64,000 bases of DNA from Ruditapes philippinarum (Eukaryota). The notes below the pieces were generated by a model, which was not told where the DNA came from, searched no databases, and saw only the letters and a list, made by a program, of their open reading frames with translations. The stretch lies in contig NW_026852366.1 of NCBI RefSeq assembly GCF_026571515.1, positions 62,001-126,000 on the forward strand. Direction: 5' to 3'. The position numbers and the translations under genes were made by a program. Positions 39,102 through 52,501 of the stretch are shown piece after piece (within the stretch, counting starts at the first letter, position 1; every line of letters starts with the position of its first letter).

Positions 39102-41479
39102 CAAATCTTCTGTTCGATCATAATATACGTTGACGCTTGGATGATTTGTTTAAAAAAGAGGAGTGTAAATTTTGTTGTTTTGCTACATGCCTGGTTAATA
39201 AAAAACAACATAACTCATCCTGATACATCGGTAGATAAAAGATTACAATCTTAAAAGGTGTGAAAAAATGACGAATGACCAGATTACATCCTAGACAATC
39301 CAGAGGTTAAATCAGTAATCCATCACGCATGTCCCGCGCAATTTGCGCGAGACAATGGTTATTTGCCGATTGCTGCAAAAATATACGGACATGGTTTTGT
39401 ATAAAAATGTGCATGTTTTTAATACTTAATATTTGTAAAATATATTATGGCAGTCATTTAAAGGAGATGTTTGGAATGTCAGATAAATGTAATTGTATGC
39501 AAAAAATGCGAAAAAAGACGTAATAACGCGAATAAAGGCGTAATAAGGCGAATAATTATAAAAAAACAATAATAATAAAACCAGTTTCAGTAGAAAGATA
39601 TAAAACTAAAGTTTAGGGCCCGAATAAGTCAACCTGTTTTTTAGGTTGTGGTATTAATAAATCTTTTTTGTTGACCTAAATTTGTGATCTTGGCTTTGCT
39701 GAACAAACTGGATTTTTATTTTTTACTGTGGAAATGATGCATTGTTAATTAATTTATAGTTACATAATGATAGTTTCCTTGTTAATTTGATTGTACGCAT
39801 AGTAAGGAAAGTGCATTGTATCTATTTTTCATTTACTTTAACTGTGTTTTAGAACAATAAAATAGAAGAGTGTCTTTAGTTGGGATTTTCAGTCTACTTT
39901 TGGATTAAAATAAATAAAATAAATAAACTAATTTTGATCCATTCACAAGTTTATATTAATTACTGCCTTTTTTCACAACCACATTTTTTAAAATTTCTAT
40001 TCTGTAAGGGAATTATTGCTTACTAGTATCAAACTAAATATTTAATTTTGTAACAGTTAGAGTTATCTCTCTTTCAATAATTAATACAAATCAGTGACCA
40101 TTTCCCTTTACCGAATAGTCACACCTTGAAACAATAGTCCTAAATAAATAAACAGAGTTTTATTATTTGTTGCATACATGGATTAAAATTACTTAAAACT
40201 GTTAACTATTAAAACGGACGCTCTCCGAAAAAATCAACTTAGAAAAAATAAAAGCATTATTATAAAGAAAACTACAGTTTGTAACATGGTAATGTATTTT
40301 TGCAGTTGAAATAGTAATTCAACAAACGAAAAATAGGTAAACTTATTTTGTTGTGTTAATGATATTATAACACATTTTTTTCTATTAAATATGCACGACC
40401 TTAAATTGTTAAAATAAATAAAAGTTATGTGAATAAATATGGTAAAACTTAAATGATCTTTTTATGATTTTAAAGGGGAAACCGGATAAATCCGCCCTAT
40501 TTATCAATCAATCTTAACCACTAACTCTGATACATGATATAGTAAGATTGAAACATAATATATCTGCCCAAATAATATAACTTGTCAGACATGGATCTTA
40601 TTTCACCCATACGCTTTTGATGTTTCCCTGTCCTTTTGTTTTTATTCAATTTACCTTTCTTTATGAATTGAATACATGTTTTGATTTTTCATTGTTATGA
40701 ATGAATAAGTTAAACCTGTTTCAGTTTAAGGGCTAGTGACACCGGTCATTTTAATTAGTTCGCTTAAAGCCCTACTTAACGCCCCACATAATAACCGTTA
40801 TTATTGCAACATTTCCAATCATGATCATTATTATAAATTATATTTAAAATATTGTATGCTATGCAGTTTCGTCTTACATATTTATAAAAGTAAAATGAAT
40901 ACATCTTTTGGTATGTTACACACTAAAGGTAAACACAGTTAAAACACAAAGTATCGTTAAAAAAAATAAAGTTGTTTATGAAATGACCTTGGCGAAGGAT
41001 GAGAATGCTGCTTCCAAACATACCGTTAGGGCATTGTCTTACTCAAATTAGGCCTATTTAGTAAGAATTTCCTAGATTTAATGTATTTCTACAAGATGTG
41101 CTTTACCCAAGGATAATTATTATCTCATTGTATCTTTTTTGTTACATTCATGGACGGTCCCAAATTAAAAGCACGCTGTATCAAATACAAATTTAGCATG
41201 ATAAGGGGTATTACCATCGGATAAAAATGTTTTGATACATGTTGTTCTCGTGATAATATTTAAAATGTCTATATGCATGTGTCGGGCACATGTTCAATTT
41301 TACGTAACGATAAAACCAACTATTGCTTTTCAAGCGTGTTTAACGCGATATGATATTGTCTAGGGTGTTCATGTTCCTTATAGACTTTTTCCATGGCCAA
41401 ATTCATTATTATCTTTGTACTTATCATATATGTTAATCAATGTTTCTTTATCTTTTACTTGTAACAATTATTATTCAAT

Positions 41480-42839
41480 ATGAATATTGGTGGCATATGC
41501 ATTATCATTGCACTATTGGCAATTAATATCACACGTGAGTTTATTTCCTTTACTTTGTTGTGCATTCATGCTTTTATTACAATAAATCATGCACGAAATA
41601 CAAGAAATTCATAACGCGGTTATCTATCCGGACTTGGGCTTATTGATAATGATTTTTAAGATCACATTGAAAGCCGCAAGAATTTATACCTGTCACAGTG
41701 CATTCGGATCAAATGAGCACACGAACGCTTCAGAGTTGAACTGCTTGGTTGCCTGACCGACCTTAAATTAATTGACGATAAAACGGTAAACTCTAGTATC
41801 TTTGAAAACGTACGTTTTGTTGTTTGGTGCCATGCTGATGATCTGTCAATATCTATCAAATATTACATACACTTTAATTCTTTAGAAGCTGCTAAATGTC
41901 ATGTCCCTGGACTCTTAGCACTATGTAAAAACATTTAAAATATATTGCAAGTCAAAGGAGGGGGTGCTTGAGGTGGAGACATTTTTGCATTTTTAAAAGA
42001 ACAATTAAGGGTCAACAATGATATTATAGTTTGCAGTTTGAATACAAAAAAATGTTGTTTTTTTCTTCTTCTTTCTCTGCAAATTATGCAAAATTCTCTA
42101 TCTAAAGATGTGTATATTTCTGCTTATTTCATATTATAATTATATTATTGTCTTATTAAACCTTCGGAACCTGTTAATCAAGAAATTATACTATTTGCTA
42201 ACTATGCCTCACAATTGCTTATTTTCATATGCTTCATTTTTGGGGGTGCTCTGATGCAGTTCAAAAACGTTGATCGTACGCTGTATATCTGAATCATCAT
42301 ATTGTAATTTGCATTTTGTGCAACAGTACAGTTAAAATAGTTAATATAGTTAAATGTTGTGAATGGAATTAGGTTATCACATTGTTTAAATAGTGCTACT
42401 TTTATAAACAAAAAGGTATTTCAAACTCAACGCTTATATTTCAGGTGATAAGAATCTAACATGTTCTAAATCTATAACATGTACTTCAACTCTCTTAAAA
42501 GTAAAGATAACTGATTTCTTAGTCAAAGTTTCCCTTTAAATCTTTGTTTATATTTTTCACCAGTATCAAAGTCTTGTAACTGGCCAACAGATAACAGAGA
42601 AATCAATAATATTACCATCGTCTTCTAACGATGCTTCAAGGAATAACAGCAGGCGTGTCAGTATAACTGATATAGCAGAAACGCAGATCTTAGATATCAA
42701 CAGTAATAACAATGTATTATCGCCATTTAATAGTTTTGATACATCAACGAAAACCGGAAGTTATGCAGATGGCATGATGGTATCTCCTGTTTCTGAGATG
42801 TCACTTCCCGTTTCCCCCTCAGATAGTGTAATAACGTGA
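41480..42839 (+). pseudogene. Membrane-protein gene copy A: intact signal-peptide exon 1 plus a chimeric exon 2/exon 10 remnant (internal deletion of ~8 kb)
   Basis: Exon 1 41480-41534 (MNIGGICIIIALLAINIT, donor gtgagt). Acceptor at 42563, then ~25 nt of exon 2 (SKSCNWPT) joined out of frame at ~42589 to the last 250 nt of exon 10, near-identical to ~52252-52501. In-frame stop at 42626-42628. Confidence 0.8.
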
Positions 42840-44292
42840 TGCAAATCGGCCACATTGAATAAATGAAGGTTTTTTACTGTCATTTGCGTACATTTTTCAC
42901 AAACACATCTGTTTATATTATTTAAGGAAATAAATGCGTTATCAACAACAAATATGTTATTGTTTAACATAGTTACTTCTCTTTCAAAATCTAGCAAATA
43001 TGTAACCTTTGCACTTTACCGTAGATTTACGCTAAAGACCAATACTTGTGTTTGAAGATTCATAAATGTACAAATAAACGCATACAAATAGTTTAAATAA
43101 AGGTAATAGTACAATTTGAAAGTTAAGAAATTAACGGAAGTCAACAAGATAATAAAATCAAATTTTCTTGTAGTTTTGCAGTGGTTACATAGAAGACAAC
43201 AAGTGTTTACTAAAAACGAAGACAGAAGAAAAATTGTGTTGTGCACATGTGTGTACATGCTAACACATTTCGAATAGTGCATAACTTTGTAAAACCAAAA
43301 AAAATTGTTATCAGTCAATGCACACAATATATTAAATCTTTGTTAGATTTTCGGACAGTTCCGTGAGATTTACGCACTAAGATACGATTTTATTCAATTT
43401 GTGTCTCTGAAATAATTACACCGAGCGTTATAGCGCAATAGGATAAACTACAGGTTTATAATTTCTAAATATTATAAGATCGAAACCGCGTAGGTCCATG
43501 TTTTTTATGCTCAATATCATTGAAACTATGGCTGATTTGTGTGTTGTTCGTTTACTATAAATATGTTTTTGCACTTATTTTGGTAAAATACACTTTTTAA
43601 ATAACATGGTTTAATAAAGAAAAATAATATTTCAAATTTATTTGGATTAGAAACAAGAAAATTAATGTAATTTCAATGTCGTAAAACACAATATAAATCG
43701 AGACAGAATAGTGTTTCGATGTTTCTTCATATCCGTGTAGACATATTTGCAAATAACCGACCAAATCCATCAATCTATAGTGTACAAATTAGGAACTGTA
43801 GGGGTCGTAATACAGACTTCTCATATATTAGGTAATCACTTTACTGTCTATGCTATGCGGATGTGCCGACGACATATACATTAAGCTGGTGTGACTTTTA
43901 AAAAAGAATAGTTATAATCGTATTAAGTCTAAAACTACACGGACAGAGCCGAAGTGGGATCGCATATTTAAATGAATGCTATAATGTATTCAGCATTGGC
44001 AGGTCAATAAAATCAGACTATATGTATGAATGAATGCAATAAAACACCTGAATGAATTTTATGATTCTAAAATTGAAACCCTTTACATCAATTAGTAAAA
44101 CTGTATGATATGGCAAGATTGAAACCTAATATATCCGCCTTTATATTACACGCGTGTTCTTTTGTAATAAGCATTTCATGTGTCCTAAATCTATTACGTA
44201 AACGCTATAAATAACATGTTTGCCTATAAATTTTCATTCACTCATTTCTTAGGTATAGGTTGCATTAAAATGTTTTATACTTTCTTTCCCAG

Positions 44293-47200
44293 TATCAAAG
44301 TCTTGCAGCTGGCCAACTGCCTTTAGAAATACAATATGGCACGACAGCAACCGTGGTGAGGTGACATTTACAGATACGACACTGAGTGGCTGGGGCGCAA
44401 CAGCTCAAGGGGGGACAACAATAGATTCATGGGAATGCTACAGTGTAAATGAAACTTCGTCTACTACATTAACACTTTTACTGAAGTAGGCTTTTCCTAA
44501 AATAACTTATCTTAATCAGTGTTCTGTTTAATATACAATTTCGAGGCCCAAACATTCATCTAACCGAAAAGTTAATATTTCACAATTGTTTAACTTATCA
44601 GCTTGAATATGTAGCAATTTAATTGCTTAAACATAAAAAACGGAGCAAGTAAACTATGATGCGTTGTTAAATAAGTTGTAAATCCTGAATTAAGGCGTTT
44701 TCAACTATAACATAGCTAAATTGTAACAGTATAAAATAAAACTATATTTAAAAATGATGACAGTCCATGGCTGATTTTCAAAATAATATAAGACTGAAAA
44801 ACCACTGCTTAAGTTGAATTTTTCACAATCCTTGTGCTGTGTTTTGACCGGTGCCGTTGTTAAAAAAGAATACCCGTAAAGAATACTTAAGATACAAGTA
44901 CGATTATAATCTTTGATGTTGAAGTTCCTCCATGTATAAAACGAATTGCGTTGTTTCAGAGCAACCACAACTTTTGAATTATGGAGAATGCATTATGTCG
45001 CATATGCGTGTTTGCAGATGGAAGAGTTTTCGGAGCAGGGTTACAGGTACTACCAGATGTCTGGTAAGTAATTCATTGTGAATAGTATGTTTCTAAAGCA
45101 AGTAAGGCTTTATGACTTCAGTGTGCCAAGTACCAATTGTTTTACGAATAAATAAATGTATATATATGATACATTTATTTTCCGTTGACATCATAATGTA
45201 CGTCTATTTTTTTTTACAGAAGAAGACCAAAGAATGAGTTATGACCGTCTCCCTGTGTCAGAATCGAGTACATATCTAATTAACCCACCAACAGAAAACC
45301 GTCTTTGTTTGTCGTCAGATGACACCAATGCGCCATCTACAGAGGAATATCATGTCATCATAAGAAATGGTACATTTTATTATTTAAAAGGTTATTTTAT
45401 GACTATTCAAAGGTCGACACAACCCTTTTGACGGTCAATATATATAAATTGGAGGATCAAGTTATGCAACTTTGAAGATCAATTCATTTACAAATACACT
45501 TTAAAAGTTAATGTATGCTTAGGTAAAGGCCAATTTATACAATTTGAAAGTCATTTTCACTTTTATGATCAAAGTGAATTAACATACTGTTGGCCTTGTA
45601 TTATTATTTATCTACACTGTTGGATAGATCTTTTGACATTTTGCTAGCTTACCTTAATTGAATTTATACAATAACTTTTTTATAGTGAGTGAGCTATAAT
45701 TGTTGAGTTACAACTGTTTGATATTTAACCTTTGAAGGACTAAAATAAGAAAAGTATCAAAATGACAGACAAACAAAAAACAAATCCCAAATACCATTTC
45801 GATCTCTATAAATAGCTTCATGATAAAGAAAGAAAAAAATGTTGCTTTGGGAGAGTTTTATTTTTGTAGTACGATAAAAATTCTGTTCATGTTCGTGTTA
45901 TATGTGACATTATTATCTTAAAACATTTTGCAGATAAAACAGAAGCTGCTAGTCGTGCTTGTCCTAGTGAATATATAAGATCACACAAATACATTGTGGC
46001 TGACACGAAAACAGAATATTGTGACTCTGGTGATAGTTCTTGGAGCGTTTGCTCTAGCAGCGACACAATGATGTTCAATTATACACTTTGTTCAAAAATA
46101 CTTGCTTACTCGGGTAAAGTATAGCCATCTGGCCAAATTATATATTACAAAATGAAAGGGGGTGTCTGCATCCAAGTAATAAAGTAAGTTCGAACCAAGA
46201 TACTCTTCAAAGATGTTGGTTTGAATTCCACCAGGGACTTTGGATTCTATCACATGAGGAGACTATCTAGCTAGATAACGAAAGTCAGCGGTTCTACTCA
46301 AAACTGACTCATGCATGAAATAATTTACCGAGGGGTACCTAAGGTCTATCTCAGCCAACAAAACTGAATATTCACCATATTTCTTTAACAGTATCGGTAT
46401 TTCATAAAACCCAAAATCAAACAAAAGAAAAAATCACGACAGAGTTAATTTGTAAAAATAAAATGTCAATTGATGAAAGTAACTGATATTATTTTAATAT
46501 TTTTGCATTTATTGAATAACAAACAGACACATGTGTGAAAGGCAAAAAGAGTGTCTGAACTTTATGATGATGATAATAATAAACAAACGTTTTCAAGTTA
46601 AATGTATGTCTAAATTGCAAATTTGTTGAAAAGGGGAATAATGCATCCTCTCTCGCAAAACGATATGCAGGTTAAAAAATAAGTATCCATAATAGATCAA
46701 CTAAAACTACAACTACATTGTCTTATATTAAAATTTCAGATCAAGGCATTGTGAACTGTGTTTTTGACATGGTAGATGGAAATAACACACATGTTACGGT
46801 CATGACAAAGGAAATAACAAGTAGCCAACGGTTTACTTGCTTCGTAAGCTAACTTTTAAAAATATATTACATTGTTTAGAATTGGGACATCTGTTATTTT
46901 AAAGCTTACTTTGACCAAAATTAATAGAAGATATCCCTTGCTATTTAGATACATAACATCTAAATCATTTAATATTCACGTATTCAAAAATATCTTTCTT
47001 CTTTAGTTTAATTATTAACGTAACTATAACATTAATTTGATATACCTTGTTTAAAGTTGTGCTACCTTCTACGTTTTCAATTTTTGTAAGAGTGCATGTT
47101 GACATTTATATATATAGTTATACTGTAGAGTGGTATGATATTCCAGTTATTTGATTTCACAACAAACACATGACCAATAAAGAGAATGATGCTTCAAGTC

Positions 47201-50200
47201 AATGTTGCAAAACAATGATGTCAGTTATATACCATATTTGCAAACACACAGCCTAACAGCTTCGTCACATATAAACAGCTTTGTTACATATATGTGACCA
47301 ATAAAGAGAATGATGCTTCAAAAGTCAATGTTGCAAAACAATGATGTTAATGACAATACCATATTTGCAAACACACAGCCTAACAGCTTCGTCACATATG
47401 AACAGATTTGTCACATATATGTGACATAAGATATACTTAATGTCGTCGAATATCCGCTCATTGTTGGACAATAAACGCTAGTAATTAGGGAATGGTCCGT
47501 GACTCTGCAAAGTCCTTTTAATGCAGTGCTTTTATTTATCTTGCGTCTCATTTCTATCACGTTAAGGTCGAAGGCTTTAGCAGTACGTCCATCGCGCTGA
47601 TATTGTTTTCGCTTAGAAACATTTCTGTTCCTATCGCTGTATAATAATTGATATGATATGCTGCAGCAACAACAACCCCGTGTTGATCCTAATCATAAGT
47701 GTTAACCTGATTTGTTGCAATTCGTGCTCTTCATATTGCAATTATTGAAAACAATGTTAGACAACAGTCTTTCTGCCGATTCTTTGCCATGAAGCATACC
47801 ATTATGCTTGAGTTGGCGAGTCTACCTCAATGTTATGCACAACTTTATGTCACATCCTTGTGAAACCCCACTAGACTTTGATCTACAGTCTGGTTAAGCA
47901 TGTATATGCAATACAATGATAATTATCACTATCACCATCAGTTTACAATATTTACATTTCACACACAATCGTATACGTTGTGTATTGATTGAACATTTCA
48001 ACACGATCTAGAAAATATGGACGTATCATTTTACACTATGTAACCATGCATACTTACAAGATATTGCTGTGTGTCTATTTTAAACGAAGGTATCTCATTT
48101 GGCTCAAAATGGAACTCTGTACGTTTCACAGCATCCTGGAAGTTGTGCTAAATCGCAGTCGCCTTTTGATGTACCATCATCTGGACTGAAAATGGTATTA
48201 AATGACAAAGGTAAATGAAATATTTTTGGATTAATTTTAGCTCCACTGTTTGAAAAAAAATAGGTAGAACACTCTTCCGCTGTGGCGTCGGTCCACGTTA
48301 ATGTCGGCGTTGGAACCTTTAGGTTCATTTAACTTTAATACCAAATTGCATAATGTTATGAAATTCAAATTTCATTACTTGTTTATGATCTTGTGATACA
48401 ATATCTATGATTTAGTCGCGCTGATTAACCGTTTTGTTAAGGTCAATTTCTCTAAAATTATCAAAGATATTTACTTAAAACATTTAATTCTTGCTCACTT
48501 TTAGAATTTGATGCATTACTAAAGATCAAAGATCACATAACACTAAAAGAGCATTTTTAAAAAAAATCTTATTCCTGCGAAACATTTTATCAAAATAATA
48601 TTCCCTTTCCTTTTTTTTAACCGTACTATCAAGTACTTAGAAAAATTAGGCGCACTACTCCTCAGATAGATCTTGTCTAAATCAATTGAAAAAATTGGCC
48701 CCTTATAGACGGTCTATTAGTTATGAATTGTTAGATTGATAGTTTTTAGCTCATTTGTCACAAAGTGACATGGTGAGCTTTTGTGATCGCTTTTCGTTCG
48801 TCTTCCGTCCGTCGTCCATCCGTAAACTTTTACTTTAAACAACATCTCCCCATAAACCGCTATGCTAATTTCATCCAAACTTCACAGGAATGTTCCTTTG
48901 GTAGTCAACTTTAAAAATTGTTCAAAGAATTTTATTCTAAGCAGAACTCTGGTTGCCATGGCGACCGAAAGAAAAAAACTTAAAATATTGTCTTTAAGAA
49001 AACCGAAACAGCTAGAGCTTAAATATTTGACAAAGAACATCATCTAGTCAGTGTCTACCAAGTTTGTTAAAAAAATGCCCTGGGGCCAAAATTGATTTCG
49101 CCTCGGGGGTCATTGATTTTCCTTTTTTGTTTAAAGTAAAAACTTTAAACAATCTTCTTTTAAAAACCCTAAGAGCTAGAGCTAAGATATTTCGCGTGAA
49201 ACATCTTCTTATAGTTGTCTACCAAGTTTGTTCAAATAAGTGCTCAGGGGTTAAAATTGGCCCCGCCCCGGAGATCATTGTTTTTCCTTATATGTATATA
49301 GTAAAACCTTAAAAAAATCTTTTAAAAAGCCCAAATAGCTAGAGTTTAGATATTAAGCATGAACTATCTTCTAGTGAGTGACTACCAAGTTTGTTAAAAT
49401 AATTGCCAAGGGGACAAAATTGGCCCCGCCCAGATGGGGGAGGGGTCATTGTTTTTCCCTATATATGTATAGTAAAAATTAAAAAAAAATATTCTTACAG
49501 CTAGAGCTTAGATATTTATCATGAAACATCTTCAAATGGGTGTCTACAAAGTTTGTTCAAATAAAAGCCCTTGGATTAAAATTGGCACCACCCCAAGGGC
49601 CTATATACATGTACAGGTGTGCGATTTCAGGGCCGTCATGGCCCGCTTGTTTATATATTATGTAAAACAAATCCACGGAAATATTACAAATGGACATTGT
49701 TTGTAAGAGTAACATACATGATCCGATATGGAATATTTGCATTACGCAGATAATAAAAAGTTCTAAAACAAAATAATGTTATTAATGATATGAATTTTAT
49801 AATATTAGATCACGTAAAACTCGCACCAGTGCGAGTGTTATTTAAGCTTGACTATTTAAAAAATAATGAGAACTATCGTACACACTTCGGCATCGGTCAC
49901 ACTCTGCACATTGGTATCTCTATAATACTAAAGTGAACGGGTTGAAATTTCTTACACGTTTTTGAGAGTCTTATAGGAGGCCAATGTCCAAGGCCAAAAA
50001 CTCTAACGTGGATGTTGACAGAACTATGGCTCTCTTTGAACTTAGAAAAATTCTTCATTTTTACTGTCAAGCACTGTGGTTAGTGGAGGACGTTGTCCTT
50101 TTGCATAAACTTACATCTCCTGTTAGAAAGTATTATGTTAACTTATATCATAAACCACATATAAATGATGATTAGTTTTAATCGTCAATATCTACTATAA

Positions 50201-52501
50201 TATCTACTAAAATATTAGATAATTATTTCTATTTCATCAATATCAAAACAAGCTTAACTATACTTTGCAGAAAAAGATGTGAATTAAACATACTACTGTG
50301 CTTACTTCTTCTTATTTCTCTTTTTCAGAGCTGTGCGGTATGTAGATTAATAGTTTTCTCCATTTCTAAAATAACATAGATAATTTGAGACATTTTAGAT
50401 AATAAATCATTATATTGTTTTTGTAGGAAACGCATAACTTAACTTTTTGTAAATTTTTGTGTAATGTAAGAAGCATTTCGGATATCTGATTGTTCCAGAA
50501 AAAGAGAATTTATCATGATAATAATTGTTGTGATGTACTGATTGTGCCCTATATGGATAAATTGTTGTCCTGTTTTCTATAATTATATATATTTTTTAAT
50601 TTGTAAATTGCGTTTTTTAGAAGAAACTACAACCTCTACAACATCTACAACTTCTACAACTACGTCAACCACTACGTCTACAACTACGTCAACCACAACG
50701 TCTACGACATCGACCACATCTACAACATCTACAACCTCCACAACATCTCCAACAACGTCCACTTCTACTACTTCTACTTCTCCACCAACAACCACTACTA
50801 CCGTCCCTACAACAGCTTCGACTTCACCAACAACTTCGTCAACGACAACAACGACGACACCTACTACCACCACAACTACCACTACTCGAACAACTACAAC
50901 TCAAAAACCAGCGGCTGGTAGTAAAACCACACTTTACCTAGCCATTGCCATAGGCTGTGTTGCCGTGATATTGCTAGTTTGTCTAATCATCATCTCAGTT
51001 AAGATGTTTTGCTGTAGAAAACCTCCTCCTCGACCGAAAACACGTATGACCATTTTCTCTAATTTCTCTCTGTTTAAATTTTCTTTTCCAGACTTTTGTA
51101 CTTCCATTCCTAGGTTGGATTTAAGATCATACCGACAAAGTCATAAGCCGGTTTACAAGATTTACTTCTTTGTATAATATTTTTTGGCTCGAATAAGCAT
51201 ATGAGTAGAAACAATAACCTGCCCATATAATGAAACCGAAAGTACATCTTGGAATTAGAGTAAAACAGCAGTGGCACACAGAAAGAGATACAAGACCTTA
51301 TATATCCCACCACTAAGACCCATATTTATTTCTCGCTGTTGACTCAAACGGCACAGAAGTGGTCATAGGGCATCATTCAGGTTTTTGTATTTGAGATAGA
51401 TTTCAGGGGCCACCCAATGTATTATTTCCGGTACAACCGGATATCCAAGTAGAATCATGATGAGTCTTAATAAAAAAGATACGCTGAAGTATTTTTAAAT
51501 TATTGAACATGACAATAGAATAGTTGATATACTTCAACTTCATACTTTGTACATTGTATTACATAGAATAGTGTGCCCTCGGTGAATTATTTCAGACACG
51601 AGTTGGCACTTGAGTAGAATCAATGCCGTTTCTTTGCTGGCTGAAGTATTTGTTGTCATTTGAACAAACGGGCGCTAGTGGTTTGAAGTCGAGTGCCTTT
51701 TTACCCTATTTTTTTATGATTGTTAAAAAATACGAATGTTTTCATAAAATGACTATATGCGTTATTTTTACAGCGGTTTCAACAATAGAAGGGACGTCAC
51801 ATAAGACATCAGGGTATGGAGTTGTGCCTTGGGGATTTACCAGAGCACCACGGGAAACAACGATCATAGAAGATGTGGATCAAGAAAGCGAAGGCAAAGA
51901 TTCCTGGCAGGCCCAAAAACGAAGTTCTTTCCCTAAGGAACAAATTAATCAACACAATGCTGCTTATCATAGAAAGTCTTCCGTAAATTTACCATCTTGG
52001 CAGGAAGGACAGGGGTCTGTTTTCATGCAACCAGAATCAACGCCTGCAAAAGGTATGTCTCTTCCATTAAAACCAGAGTCAATGTACGAAGCTCGTCCAG
52101 CATTACCAAGAGAGAATACAAAGACAGTTCCAGTATTCGATGATATAATAATGGATGAAAATGTGAATTTTGCTTTACGGTATTCTTCAAGGATGAAGGA
52201 CGTCAAGAAAGAGTGGTATGAACGACGGAATTCTGGGACGACTTCCTCTATGATTACAGAGAAATCAATAATTTTACCACCGTCTTCTAACGATGCTTCA
52301 AGGAATAACAGCAGGCGTGTCAGTATAACTGATATAGCAGAAACGCAGATCCTAGATATCAACAGTAATAACAATGTGTTATCACCATTTAATAGTTTTG
52401 ATACATCAACGAAAACCGGAAGTTATGCAGATGGCATGATGATATCCCCTGTTTCTGAGATGTCACTTCCCGTTTCCCCATCAGATAGTGTAATAACGTG
52501 A
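44293..52501 (+). CDS. Uncharacterised type I membrane protein, copy B (Cys-rich ectodomain, Thr-rich mucin-like stalk, TM helix, ~255-aa Ser-rich cytoplasmic tail); lacks its own exon 1
   Basis: Exons 44293-44485, 44960-45063, 45220-45369, 45934-46113, 46740-46843, 48090-48210, 50329-50337, 50621-51043, 51774-52501. All GT-AG, one open frame, each boundary mirrored in copy C. TM LYLAIAIGCVAVILLVCLIIISV is followed by KMFCCRK. With exon 1 at 41480-41534 the CDS is 2067 nt (688 aa). Confidence 0.85.
46165..46430 (+). mobile_element. Old tRNA-derived SINE (MetaSINE-like) in an intron of copy B; truncated equivalent at ~57000-57170 in copy C
   Basis: ggtttgaattccaccagggactttggattct..catgagga..ctatctagctag..gcggttctactca..gaggggtacctaaggtct..aaaccc followed by an A-rich tail. 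The family name is from recollection of bivalve SINE consensus. Confidence 0.65.
47171..47425 (+). repeat. Tandem duplication of ~125 bp
   Basis: tgaccaataaagagaatgatgcttcaa...cagcttcgtcacatat occurs at 47171 and again at 47295. Confidence 0.9.
48744..49652 (+). mobile_element. Non-autonomous Helentron-associated element (HINE/DINE-1/pearl-like) with internal tandem repeats
   Basis: 5' ttttagctcatttgtcacaaagtgacatggtgagct hairpin/subTIR, a (cgtc)n-like tract, ~4 internal repeats (gctagagcttagatatt...ccaagtttgttcaaataa...aaaattggccccgccc), and a 3' caggtgtgcgatttcagggccgtcatggcccgcttgttt hairpin. Inserted in a T-run and absent from the equivalent intron of copy C (~59930). Confidence 0.85.

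Noticed and set aside
39882-39891. NF-kB-like site GGGATTTTCA in the divergent spacer
   Set aside because: A single imperfect 10-mer is expected by chance, and no conservation evidence is available.
43498-43585. Possible replacement signal exon for copy B (LKLWLICVLFVYYKYVFALIL)
   Set aside because: There is no in-frame ATG nearby, and the equivalent sequence at ~53355 has a stop in that frame; it is flank sequence of the preceding copy.
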